In this document: positions 1 through 8,247 of the stretch, piece after piece
How positions within the stretch are numbered: position 1 is the stretch's first letter
Layout: each line of letters starts with the position of its first letter
Assembly (NCBI GenBank): GCA_034661015.1
Contig: JAYEKN010000022.1
Coordinates: 1-26,766 of the forward strand
DNA from: Candidatus Cloacimonadota bacterium
GTDB lineage: Bacteria; Cloacimonadota; Cloacimonadia; JGIOTU-2
Direction: 5' to 3'
DNA: 26,766 bases
The notes under the pieces: generated by a model
Told to the model about the DNA's origin: nothing
Seen by the model: the letters and a program-made list of their open reading frames with translations, nothing else
Databases searched by the model: none
Made by a program: the position numbers and the translations under genes

Positions 1-257
1 GAAAAATAAGATTGCATTTTTCAAAGAGAATATTCTTTGTGAATTTTGGAGAGAGGAATTGAGATTGGCAAAAGAGATGAAACAATTCAGCCTTTTTGCT
101 TTTTGTTTGAATTATGATCATTTTCATCTTTTAATCAAACCTAAAAATAAAATTGCAAATTATTCTCAAATTATGCATTTTATCAAAAGACATACATCAC
201 GGAATATAAACATTATTTTGGGATATAACAAAATTGATTTGGAAAAAATGATCAATC

Positions 258-365
258 CCACCGAAAATGACATTGGAATTCCATCCACCGAAAATGACGT
301 CGGAATCTCATCCCCCGAAAACGATGTGCAAATTCCCTCCACCGAAAACGATGTCGGAATTTTAT
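258..365. repeat. Tandem array of four imperfect 27-bp repeats (ccaccgaaaatgacNNcggaatNNcat), in frame inside the transposase-remnant ORF
   Basis: Direct reading gives units at 258-284, 285-311, 312-338 and 339-365. Each unit resembles the left arm of the palindrome that follows (cccccgaaggcgacgttggcc). Confidence 0.8.
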
Positions 366-403
366 CCCCCGAAGGCGACGTTGGCCAACGTCGCCTTCGG
401 GGG
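366..403. repeat. Perfect 38-bp palindrome cccccgaaggcgacgTTGGCCAAcgtcgccttcggggg (REP-like hairpin)
   Basis: Exact inverted repeat, 19+19 nt with no loop. It lies directly 3' of the 27-bp array and is related to a second palindrome at 25699-25724 (same TTGGCCAA centre, same ggcga/tcgcc arms). Confidence 0.85.
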
Positions 404-660
404 ATGAAATTCTCTAAATTCAATCTTCATCATTCTCCTTTTGTTCTTTAATTCCCTGCATCCATTAAACCAAGGCTTCGTTATAGAAAAAGAACTTCGC
501 CCGTGCAGGCAAGGATTGAAAAGCGATTGAACAATTCATAATTCATAATTATTATTTTTATTTGTGCTTGTTAAAAAAAATGTCTGAAATGATTGACAGA
601 TTTTGCCGAATAAAATTCTTTAGAAGAAGAAAAACAAAAAATAAATATTTCGGAGGAAAT

Positions 661-2451
661 ATGATGAAAAACGTGCAAAGTTCTCAAAACGGTTGGGTAA
701 AAATTTTGGCAATTTCAGCTGCTATGATATTTATCCTATTTAATCTCTGCTTAGCAGAACAGTCTGATACTTACAGTTGGGAAGATGGCGGTGTAAGTCT
801 TGGTTTTTATGGAAATGCTGTTCTGGAAAATAGCACTGAACAAGCTTACGACGAAACTCACAGCTTGAAATATACTGAAGAACCAATTGGTGGAACGCCA
901 CAAGTTTATATCTGGTGGATTACCGGTTTATCTGATGGTGATGTGATCGATGCAAGTTTCTGGGTGTATGATAGCACTCCGGTTGGCGATTATCCAAAAG
1001 GAAGAATTTGGGGTCATTATACTTCTGATCCGGAAGACATTACTTCTTATGCCGGCAGCGCAGGCGGAAACGATACTTATTCTACTGAAGGCTGGTCACA
1101 ACTTTCATTTTCTTGGACATTTGAAGCCGGGACAGACCATGATGGATTTGTGCTTGAATCACGAATTTATAGCGGTGCAGGTGCAAACGTGATTTATGTT
1201 GATATGACCGAAATTACGATAAGTAACGATGATGCTGTCATCCATTGCATTGGCGTGGCTTCCAATCCTACTATCCAAGAAGCATATTGTGCTTCCGGTT
1301 CCGAATTGCTCCTTTACTACGATCTTGATCTGGAAACGGTTTCTCCAGCAAGTTATGCTCTTAGCGGAACAGCGGATATTACTTTTGGAACCGCTACTAT
1401 TGATGGCAATGACGCAAAACTCGTTCATCTTACAGATCCATCTGCAACTATGGTTGGAGACCTTACGGTTGACACGATTACAGATAGTGAAAATCCTTCC
1501 AATGCAGATCTATATGCCGGGATTCTGCCAATTTCTGTTACAAACACCTTGAATCCCCCGGGGACAATTGAAGATGGTATAACCGCCACATTTTCTGCAA
1601 CAGTTTCTGCGAACGACGGATATAACAATGTTTGGGTAAGTGAGATGCCCGGTCCATATAATGGATCTATGATTTTTGATATGAACTTTCCAAGTGTAGT
1701 TTCCCTTTCAGATGCGATTGTTTTTGCTGGTTCCAGAGATGAATATTATGGTTTGACAGAAATAAAAAATCCTGCATTGATCTCTTCCACTACCGGAAGT
1801 GCTCCGATTCCTTCCACTATTCCAGGATTACAAATTGATATAGAAATCCCGGAAAACACTAATCCTGCCGAGCAATGGGAAGGTCAATTGATCCGTATCG
1901 AAAACGTTTTTGTGGCAACTCCTACGGACACAAATCTTACATACATTGGTTCTGATGATGATTGGGAAACAACCTTTGTTATTGGTGATAATGTTGATTA
2001 CAATTTCTCAAGCAGCGGGACAATTCTTGATCAAGTAATTGCCACCGGACAGTCAATTAGAATAACCGGAGTATGTGATTTTTCATACGAAAATTATGGA
2101 ATCAATCCGCGAGATTCTTTGGATATTCTTATCACAGGAAATAGTATTGGAGAAAATAAGATTGGAAACAACGATATTCTCTTACAAAATTATCCGAATC
2201 CTATCCACGATCTTACAACCATTTCCTTTAATCTCTCGCAACCGGCAAACATTAATCCCCAGATTAAAATTTATAATTTGCAAGGGCAACTCGTGAAAAC
2301 TCTTGATACTGAAAATGTTTACGAAAACTTTTTTGCAGCGGACTGGAATGCAGAAAATGAGAATGGCAATCCTGTTAAGAATGGAATTTATTTCTATAAA
2401 ATTGAAACAGCACAAAAAACATTTCAAAGCAAAATGATTCTTATGCGTTAG
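661..2451 (+). CDS. Secreted protein of unknown function with a T9SS (Por) C-terminal sorting domain
   Basis: RBS ggagga lies 4 nt before ATG-ATG at 661. There is an N-terminal signal/TM (WVKILAISAAMIFILFNLCLA). The C-terminus NYPNPIHDLTTISFNL...IKIYNLQGQLVKTL...NGIYFYKIETAQKTFQSKMILMR is a typical T9SS type-A C-terminal domain (TIGR04183-like). The body has no recognisable catalytic motif. Confidence 0.7.
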   Translation: MMKNVQSSQNGWVKILAISAAMIFILFNLCLAEQSDTYSWEDGGVSLGFYGNAVLENSTEQAYDETHSLKYTEEPIGGTPQVYIWWITGLSDGDVIDASFWVYDSTPVGDYPKGRIWGHYTSDPEDITSYAGSAGGNDTYSTEGWSQLSFSWTFEAGTDHDGFVLESRIYSGAGANVIYVDMTEITISNDDAVIHCIGVASNPTIQEAYCASGSELLLYYDLDLETVSPASYALSGTADITFGTATIDGNDAKLVHLTDPSATMVGDLTVDTITDSENPSNADLYAGILPISVTNTLNPPGTIEDGITATFSATVSANDGYNNVWVSEMPGPYNGSMIFDMNFPSVVSLSDAIVFAGSRDEYYGLTEIKNPALISSTTGSAPIPSTIPGLQIDIEIPENTNPAEQWEGQLIRIENVFVATPTDTNLTYIGSDDDWETTFVIGDNVDYNFSSSGTILDQVIATGQSIRITGVCDFSYENYGINPRDSLDILITGNSIGENKIGNNDILLQNYPNPIHDLTTISFNLSQPANINPQIKIYNLQGQLVKTLDTENVYENFFAADWNAENENGNPVKNGIYFYKIETAQKTFQSKMILMR

Positions 2452-2458
2452 GAAAGAC

Positions 2459-2705
2459 TATTTAGAGTCTATCCGTTAAGTATAGATTGGACGCAGATGA
2501 TCGCTGAAAAAATTGATTTACGCAGATAAAAATTTAATTACAAAAAAAGTAGTATCCCCGTTGAATGCTTTGTGTTTTAATATTCAACAGGGGTTTATCT
2601 GCCGAATCAGTGCTTGCCCTGTGGAATGTTTTTGCATTTATATTCCACTTGGGGTTTTTCTGCGTCGAATCATCCACCGGCTGACGGATGCACACTTTGT
2701 TAGGA
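2459..2705 (-). repeat. Copy C of a modular structured intergenic repeat family, inverted relative to copies A and B; the right end is diverged
   Basis: The left end tatttagagtctatccgttaag...ggacgcagatga aligns with the reverse complement of the 3' end of copy B (aattagagtctgtccgtaaattagggattcgacgcagatga). The internal hairpin ccccgttgaatgctttgtgttttaatattcaacagggg is the reverse complement of B's cccctgttgaatattaaaatacaaagcattcaacgggg. The gggg-ttt(a/t)tctgc(c/g)(g/t)cgaatca module is duplicated. Confidence 0.7.
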
Positions 2706-2711
2706 GATTAC

Positions 2712-2749
2712 GATAGCCTTACGCAAAATTGTGTAAGGCTATCTTTTTT
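2712..2749 (+). terminator. Rho-independent terminator: 11-bp perfect stem gatagccttac/gtaaggctatc, 10-nt loop, T6
   Basis: Seen directly: gatagccttac gcaaaattgt gtaaggctatc tttttt. It lies immediately 3' of repeat copy C and 170 bp upstream of the endonuclease gene. Confidence 0.7.
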
Positions 2750-2918
2750 AATATGAAATACACACATATCCCGACAGATGATTCGTTTCTCAACCGTCTA
2801 TTCGCCGAGTTTAAAAGGAGAATGAATCCACCAGCTGGCGGCGTTGGCTTAGAGATTGGGATTTTAAGTTCTGTCTTTAGTGTTTTTCCGTGTATTTCGA
2901 GGTAAAAAATATTTTATT

Positions 2919-4019
2919 ATGAAAAAAATTAATACTTCAAATATTTTAGCATTTTTATCAATCCTGATTCTCCTCAGTTTACCGATCGGATGCTTTGCAG
3001 ATTATTATGACGGTACAGAAGGACTGACCGGAGATGAACTGAAACAGACTTTGCACAATATTATTGATGATCATATTGAGTTCAGTTATAACGCCCTTCG
3101 AGATTACATTTTACCGAATACTGACGAAGATCCGAATAATTCAAATAATGTGATTTTGCTTTACACCGGCATTTCCATCCCAAAATCGGAATTTGGCGGA
3201 ATGGTTGACGAATGGAATCGTGAGCACGTTTGGGCGAAATCTCACGGTGATTTCGGCACTTCTCCCCCTGCCGGAACTGATGCTCATCATATAAGACCGA
3301 CAAATGTTTACATCAATTCGATGCGTGGGAATAAAGATTTCGATCTCGGCGGTTCCCCTGTTTATACGTATAACGGTTCAACTCTCGGTGGATATAGAAC
3401 CGATGAAACTTTCGAACCTTTGGATAACGTAAAAGGAGATGTGGCTCGAATGATCTTTTATATGGCTGTCCGTTACGAGGGAGATAATGGTGAGCCTGAT
3501 TTGGAAATGGTGGATTACATACCCTCGTCCCCCAATGGTGAACCATATCATGCAAGAATATCCACTCTTCTGCAATGGCATACAGACGATCCCGTGGATG
3601 AATGGGAGGAAAGTCGAAATGATAAAATCTATGAAAACTGGCAAGAAAACAGAAATCCATTTATTGACCACCCGGAATTTGCGGATTTGATCTGGAATTA
3701 TGCGACAATTGATGAAAATTATACAGAAAAATTGCAGATAAAAATTTTCCCAAATCCCTTTAATATATCCGAATCAAATTACCTAAATATCTCATTTTCC
3801 ACAACTCAACAAATTCAAAATATTGTCATTAGTATTTTTAATGTAAAAGGTGAGAAAATTTTTACAATGAACATACAAAACGCAAGTTCCACTCAACACA
3901 TATTTAATTGGAATGGACGCAATGGCAAAAATAGATCCGTAACTTCGGGTGTGTATTTTATAAAATTTCAACTGAATGATGATAAACATACCGTGAGAAA
4001 AATTTTGTTGATTAAATAA
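2919..4019 (+). CDS. Extracellular Endonuclease-I family (EndA/Vvn-like, PF04231) nuclease with a T9SS C-terminal sorting domain
   Basis: ATG at 2919 is in frame with the listed GTG at 2880 and begins the signal peptide MKKINTSNILAFLSILILLSLPIGCFA. Endonuclease-I blocks are present: EWNREHVWAKSHG, DAHHIRPTNVYINSMRGNKDFD, GDVARMIFYMAVRY and NRNPFIDHPE. The C-terminal KIFPNPFNISESNYLNISF...GVYFIKFQLNDDKHTVRKILLIK is a T9SS C-terminal domain. Confidence 0.8.
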   Translation: MKKINTSNILAFLSILILLSLPIGCFADYYDGTEGLTGDELKQTLHNIIDDHIEFSYNALRDYILPNTDEDPNNSNNVILLYTGISIPKSEFGGMVDEWNREHVWAKSHGDFGTSPPAGTDAHHIRPTNVYINSMRGNKDFDLGGSPVYTYNGSTLGGYRTDETFEPLDNVKGDVARMIFYMAVRYEGDNGEPDLEMVDYIPSSPNGEPYHARISTLLQWHTDDPVDEWEESRNDKIYENWQENRNPFIDHPEFADLIWNYATIDENYTEKLQIKIFPNPFNISESNYLNISFSTTQQIQNIVISIFNVKGEKIFTMNIQNASSTQHIFNWNGRNGKNRSVTSGVYFIKFQLNDDKHTVRKILLIK

Positions 4020-4061
4020 AATTATTTTTATTCCCCTCCCGTATTAAATATAAAAAACCAA

Positions 4062-4787
4062 ATGGAAATAATAATTCGCAACTTATCAGAAGATCCCAAT
4101 TTAGTAAATGAGATAAATCGGCTTCATGAAGATCCCTGGCCAATATTTTTAAATCATGATGCAATCGTGAAAAAATATTGGAGAAGGCTCTATAAAAAAT
4201 TTCCTAAATATCAATTATTGTTCAAAATCGGCAATGAATACGTAGGAGTCGGCAATACTGCTCCAATTTATATTGAGAACAATATTCTTGATTTTCGACT
4301 CGGGTTTGATGAAGTCTTGGAAAATATTTTTACATCAAATAAAAGAGAAAATACATTATGTGGATTGGCTGCAGTTATTTCAAAAAAATATTCAGGCAGA
4401 GGAATCAGTTATAAAATAATAGATGAATTCAAAAAACTGGCTCACAGAAATGGATTTACTAATCTTGTTTTACCGGTACGACCAATTTTAAAATCACAAT
4501 ATCCTTTAATTCCACTGGAAAAATATATTCGCTGGGAATGTGATGGTTTACCTTTTGATCCATGGATCAGAGTTCATGTTAAAATCGGAGGAAAAATTCT
4601 AAAAGTTGCTAACAGATCTATGATTGTTAAGGGAACTGTTTCCGAGTGGGAAGATTGGACAGGTATGCATTTGGGGGATAATGGTGATTACATTATTCAG
4701 GGAGCATTAAATCCGGTTAAAGTTGATCTGCAAAAAAATCTGGGTAAATATATTGAACCGAATGTGTGGATTTTGCATAAGTGCTAA
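4062..4787 (+). CDS. GNAT-fold N-acetyltransferase family protein (putative)
   Basis: 241 aa. A Q/R-x-x-G-x-G/A-like acetyl-CoA motif is present (YSGRGISYKIIDEFKKLAHRNGF). There is no signal peptide. The specific substrate is unknown. Confidence 0.45.
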   Translation: MEIIIRNLSEDPNLVNEINRLHEDPWPIFLNHDAIVKKYWRRLYKKFPKYQLLFKIGNEYVGVGNTAPIYIENNILDFRLGFDEVLENIFTSNKRENTLCGLAAVISKKYSGRGISYKIIDEFKKLAHRNGFTNLVLPVRPILKSQYPLIPLEKYIRWECDGLPFDPWIRVHVKIGGKILKVANRSMIVKGTVSEWEDWTGMHLGDNGDYIIQGALNPVKVDLQKNLGKYIEPNVWILHKC

Positions 4788-4858
4788 GTTGTAAGCAAGT
4801 TATCCGGGTTCTGTCAAAAACTTTGACAACAAATCACCAAATTTGAATTTCTTACATA

Positions 4859-5752
4859 ATGACAAAATTAGTGAACAAACAAGAAAATCAAGTCTGGACT
4901 ATTAAAAAAGTTCTTTTATGGACTTCCTCTTATTTCCGAGAGAAAGGAATCGAATCTCCCAAGTTCAACTCAGAATGCATTCTGGCAAAAGTTTTGAATA
5001 AAACGCGATTGGATTTATATTTGGGTTTTGATATGCCACTCACATCACACGAACTTTCAGAAGCAAAACAATTGATAAAAAAGCGTGCTAATTTTTATCC
5101 TTTGCAATATTTACTGGGTGAAACAGAATTTTACGGACATAAATTTATCGTAAACGAATCGGTTTTTATTCCTCGTCCGGAAACAGAACTGCTGCTTGAT
5201 GAAGTTATCGAACACATTGAAAAGAGTGATCGGACCGAATGGAAAATACTTGAGATTGGAACCGGAACCGGCATCATCCCGATTTCATTATATAAGCATT
5301 TTCAAAATTCTCCAATTACAGTTTCCATAACTGCCACAGATATTTCCAAAGATGTACCGGAAAATTTTAAAGCAAACCTGAATCTTCATAAGATCAATAA
5401 TATAGACTTTATTCCATCCGACCTTTTTCAAAACATTTTTGATAAATTCGATATTATAATTTCAAATCCCCCCTATATTTCTCCCGAAGATATTGAAAAT
5501 CTTCAAAACGAAGTAAAAGATTATGAACCTCGAATCGCTTTAAACGGTGGGAAAATGGGCTTAGAAATTTATTCCGGAATTTTAAATGATGCTTCAAAAT
5601 TTCTCAATAAAAGCGGGACAATCTTTTTTGAAATAGGCGCAAATCAGAAAAACGATATATTAAAAATCGCAATTGAAACTAATTTCAAAATAACACGAAC
5701 CAAACAGGATTTTAATGAACTCGATCGAGTTCTAACAATAAAAAAAGGATAA
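4859..5752 (+). CDS. prmC: Release-factor glutamine N5-methyltransferase PrmC/HemK
   Basis: SAM-binding LEIGTGTGII and the hallmark NPPY motif (IISNPPYIS), with PrmC-typical N-terminal helical domain and length. Confidence 0.85.
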   Translation: MTKLVNKQENQVWTIKKVLLWTSSYFREKGIESPKFNSECILAKVLNKTRLDLYLGFDMPLTSHELSEAKQLIKKRANFYPLQYLLGETEFYGHKFIVNESVFIPRPETELLLDEVIEHIEKSDRTEWKILEIGTGTGIIPISLYKHFQNSPITVSITATDISKDVPENFKANLNLHKINNIDFIPSDLFQNIFDKFDIIISNPPYISPEDIENLQNEVKDYEPRIALNGGKMGLEIYSGILNDASKFLNKSGTIFFEIGANQKNDILKIAIETNFKITRTKQDFNELDRVLTIKKG

Positions 5753-5762
5753 TTATTTTACA

Positions 5763-7013
5763 ATGGACAAATTTTTAATCAAAGGTATTCAAAAAATCAA
5801 AGGAACTATCACTGCAAGTGGAGCAAAAAATGCGGGTTTGCCAATAATGGCTGCCACGATTCTTGCGTCCGGCAAACATATCATAAAAAATGTTCCTGAT
5901 CTGATTGATATTCGCACAATGGCAAAGCTGCTCCGAATTATTGGAGCACAAGTAAATTTTGAAAACAACACTCTAAAAATTATTACAAACGGTTGCGACA
6001 ACCATTCCGCACCCTACGATCTTGTCAAAACCATGCGAGCATCTATTTACGTGCTAGGTCCCCTATTGGCTCGAAAGGGTGAAGCAAAAGTTTCTTTTCC
6101 GGGTGGATGTGCTCTCGGAGCAAGGCCAATTGATCTTCACTTAAAGGCTTTTGAAAAATTGGGCGCGAAATTTGAAGTGAAGCATGGTTATATTTGTGGG
6201 AAAACCGAAAAATTGATCGGTGCAAATATTTTTTTTGAAACAAAAAGCGTAGGTGCAACTGCAAACGTGCTAATGGCAGCAGTAACTGCCCAAGGGAAAA
6301 CCCTTCTCCAAAATGCTGCCTGCGAGCCGGAAATCACCTCATTGGCAAAAGTGCTCAACTCTATGGGAGCGAATATCACAGGACTTGGAACAGAAATTCT
6401 CGAAATTCAGGGAGTAGAAAAATTGTATCCGATGAAAACTACATTGATCCCCGATAGAATCGAAACAGGCAGTCTTCTAATTGCGGCAGCAATCACGCGT
6501 GGTTCGATAACAGTGGAAAACTGCAATCCGGATCATTTGGGAATTGTTCTGGAAAAATTTGAAAATGCTGGATTTCAAATCACGACAACAAAAGACTCTA
6601 TAAGTTTGAGTAGTAAAGGAGATAAATCCTCTTTGGAAATTACCACAAATCCATATCCGGGTTTCCCCACAGATCTTCAACCACAATTTGCTGCTCTTCT
6701 TTCTACAATTTCAGGGAAAAGTTCCATCTATGAAACTATTTTTCCCGACAGATTTATGTACACAACCGAATTGCAAAGACTCGGAGCAGATATAAAACTG
6801 AGCGGAAATGAGATTATTATTCGTGGGGGGAATAAGCTCTCCGGTGCACCGCTTATGGCATCGGATATTCGAGCTGCAGCTGCTCTGGTTTTGGCAGCAT
6901 TGGTTTCAAGTGGAGAAACAGAAGTTAGCAGAATTTATCATCTTGATCGAGGTTATGAGAATTTTGAGAATAAATTAACAAATCTCGGCGCAAATATTAA
7001 GCGAGTGCAATAA
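5763..7013 (+). CDS. murA: UDP-N-acetylglucosamine 1-carboxyvinyltransferase MurA
   Basis: Collinear with MurA throughout: MDKFLIKG...ASGAKNAGLPIMAA...FPGGCALGARPIDLHL (active-site Cys loop)...IYHLDRGYENFENKL. 416 aa. Confidence 0.9.
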   Translation: MDKFLIKGIQKIKGTITASGAKNAGLPIMAATILASGKHIIKNVPDLIDIRTMAKLLRIIGAQVNFENNTLKIITNGCDNHSAPYDLVKTMRASIYVLGPLLARKGEAKVSFPGGCALGARPIDLHLKAFEKLGAKFEVKHGYICGKTEKLIGANIFFETKSVGATANVLMAAVTAQGKTLLQNAACEPEITSLAKVLNSMGANITGLGTEILEIQGVEKLYPMKTTLIPDRIETGSLLIAAAITRGSITVENCNPDHLGIVLEKFENAGFQITTTKDSISLSSKGDKSSLEITTNPYPGFPTDLQPQFAALLSTISGKSSIYETIFPDRFMYTTELQRLGADIKLSGNEIIIRGGNKLSGAPLMASDIRAAAALVLAALVSSGETEVSRIYHLDRGYENFENKLTNLGANIKRVQ

Positions 7014-7015
7014 TC

Positions 7016-7501
7016 ATGAAATTTATACGCAACCTGCTCGTTTCCGTTGGTTTCATCGGATATTTTCCTTTTGCTTCCGGAACTGTTGCCAGTTTTTTTG
7101 CAGCCATCCTTTATTATTTTTGCTTTGGATTTCTTTCAAGAGCGGAAATAATTAATCTCTATCCGAATTTAATTGTAATTGCCGGAATAATTATCGTTTC
7201 ATTGATCTTCATTCCAATAATAAAATCTGCTGAAAAAGAACTCGGGCATGACAGCCATAAAATCGTAATTGATGAAGTTCTGGGATATTTTGTTGCTGTA
7301 CTTTTTTTACCGCATTCCCTGATGGTTGCAATTTATGCTTTTATATTTTTCCGCATTTTTGATATAGCCAAACCACCATTTATAAACGAACTCCAATCTC
7401 TTCCGCACGGCTGGGGAGTTATTTGTGACGATCTGCTTGCCGGAATTTATGCAAATATTTGTCTTCAAATTTTGTTAATTGTTTTTCCACAATTTTTTTG
7501 A
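7016..7501 (+). CDS. pgpA: Phosphatidylglycerophosphatase A
   Basis: The N-terminal GFIGYFPFASGTVAS motif is characteristic of the PgpA family. 161 aa, polytopic membrane protein. Start lies 3 nt after the murA stop (operon). Confidence 0.75.
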   Translation: MKFIRNLLVSVGFIGYFPFASGTVASFFAAILYYFCFGFLSRAEIINLYPNLIVIAGIIIVSLIFIPIIKSAEKELGHDSHKIVIDEVLGYFVAVLFLPHSLMVAIYAFIFFRIFDIAKPPFINELQSLPHGWGVICDDLLAGIYANICLQILLIVFPQFF

Positions 7502-7590
7502 TAGAAATTGCCTATTCCGTCCGGAGAAAGAATTAGCATTTAAAAAATTTATTGGGTAATCAAGATTACCATAAAATTAAAGGAGACCGG

Positions 7591-8214
7591 ATGAAAAAGA
7601 AAATTCTTTTAATAAGTTTTTTTTTGGCAGTAATCTTTTTACAGGGATGTTATACTCCGGCTACATTCCAAAGTACAAAATTGCTTCCCCCGAAAGCTCT
7701 TGAAATAACCCCAATTTATACCGTAAATAAACCTTATTTCCCCCAATATCCAAATTTCGGTTTCATCGTAAATTATGGACTTAATGCCAAAAAAAATCTA
7801 TTATTTCGTTACGAAAAAATAGGTGGAACTCATTTACACTATCTAGCAATTGGCGGGAAAAAATCACTGATAAAAGACAAACTTGCTTACTCAGATTTCT
7901 GGGGAATTTACATTGGGACTTTTTCTCTAGAAAAACTAAGCATTTGTATGTTCGAATATTCCCCTAGTTTAAATTATACTTTCTTTTCAAACAAATATTT
8001 AGAAACAAGTTTATCTGTAAATTTTCCGATTGATATTTTTGTTCATAATGATATTTCGGGTTTATGGATTGGTGATATTTATTTGAATTTTTGCCCGGCT
8101 TTCAGCACTGACTTTGCTAAATATTCCATAAGACCATTATTTGGGATGACTACTTCTATTCTTCTTAGAGGTGTCTGGTTTTTTGGAGGATTAGGCATTT
8201 CGTATAATTTCTGA
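7591..8214 (+). CDS. Putative outer-membrane lipoprotein / small beta-barrel protein
   Basis: RBS aggaga lies before ATG 7591. Lipobox LQGC. Amphipathic alternating segments and a C-terminal ...GLGISYNF ending in Phe are typical of OM beta-barrels. Confidence 0.5.
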   Translation: MKKKILLISFFLAVIFLQGCYTPATFQSTKLLPPKALEITPIYTVNKPYFPQYPNFGFIVNYGLNAKKNLLFRYEKIGGTHLHYLAIGGKKSLIKDKLAYSDFWGIYIGTFSLEKLSICMFEYSPSLNYTFFSNKYLETSLSVNFPIDIFVHNDISGLWIGDIYLNFCPAFSTDFAKYSIRPLFGMTTSILLRGVWFFGGLGISYNF

Positions 8215-8247
8215 TCGAATTTTATTATTTCCTGTTAAATCAAAAAA

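Larger units (their letters stand above)
2..451 (+). pseudogene. IS200/IS605-family (Y1 HUH, REP-associated tyrosine transposase (RAYT)-like) transposase remnant. The 5' end is cut by the window edge. The C-terminal catalytic Tyr region is replaced by a peptide encoded by tandem repeats.
   Basis: The reading frame is open from nt 2. The translation ...EFWREELRLAKEMKQFSLFAFCLNYDHFHLLIKPKNKIANYSQIMHFIKRHTSRNIN matches the HUH (HxH = HFHLLI) core and the following PKxxIxxxxxxxKxxSSR-like segment of Y1 transposases. The downstream LW..GYF catalytic-Tyr block is absent. Instead the frame runs through four 27-bp repeats (PTENDIGIPS/TENDVGISS...) and a palindrome. Confidence 0.45.

Noticed and set aside
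258-403. Possible CRISPR array (regular 27-bp repeats)
   Set aside because: The units are directly tandem with no intervening spacers and they decay in sequence. They lie inside an ORF and end in a palindrome. This is a minisatellite/REP-like array, not CRISPR.
1-451. Intact insertion sequence
   Set aside because: Only a transposase fragment lacking the catalytic Tyr is present. There are no paired IS ends, and downstream is an ordinary secreted-protein gene.
562-660. Longer N-terminus for the T9SS cargo protein (start 562)
   Set aside because: A strong RBS (ggagga) precedes the ATG-ATG at 661, which begins a canonical signal peptide. The upstream extension is basic and low-complexity.
2513-2716. 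67-aa ORF inside repeat copy C
   Set aside because: The reading frame is not conserved in copies A and B (indels of whole hairpin modules), so the element is non-coding.
7565-7581. Hairpin ggtaatc-aa-gattacc as terminator after pgpA
   Set aside because: A 2-nt loop is sterically implausible, and the sequence overlaps the RBS region of the next gene.
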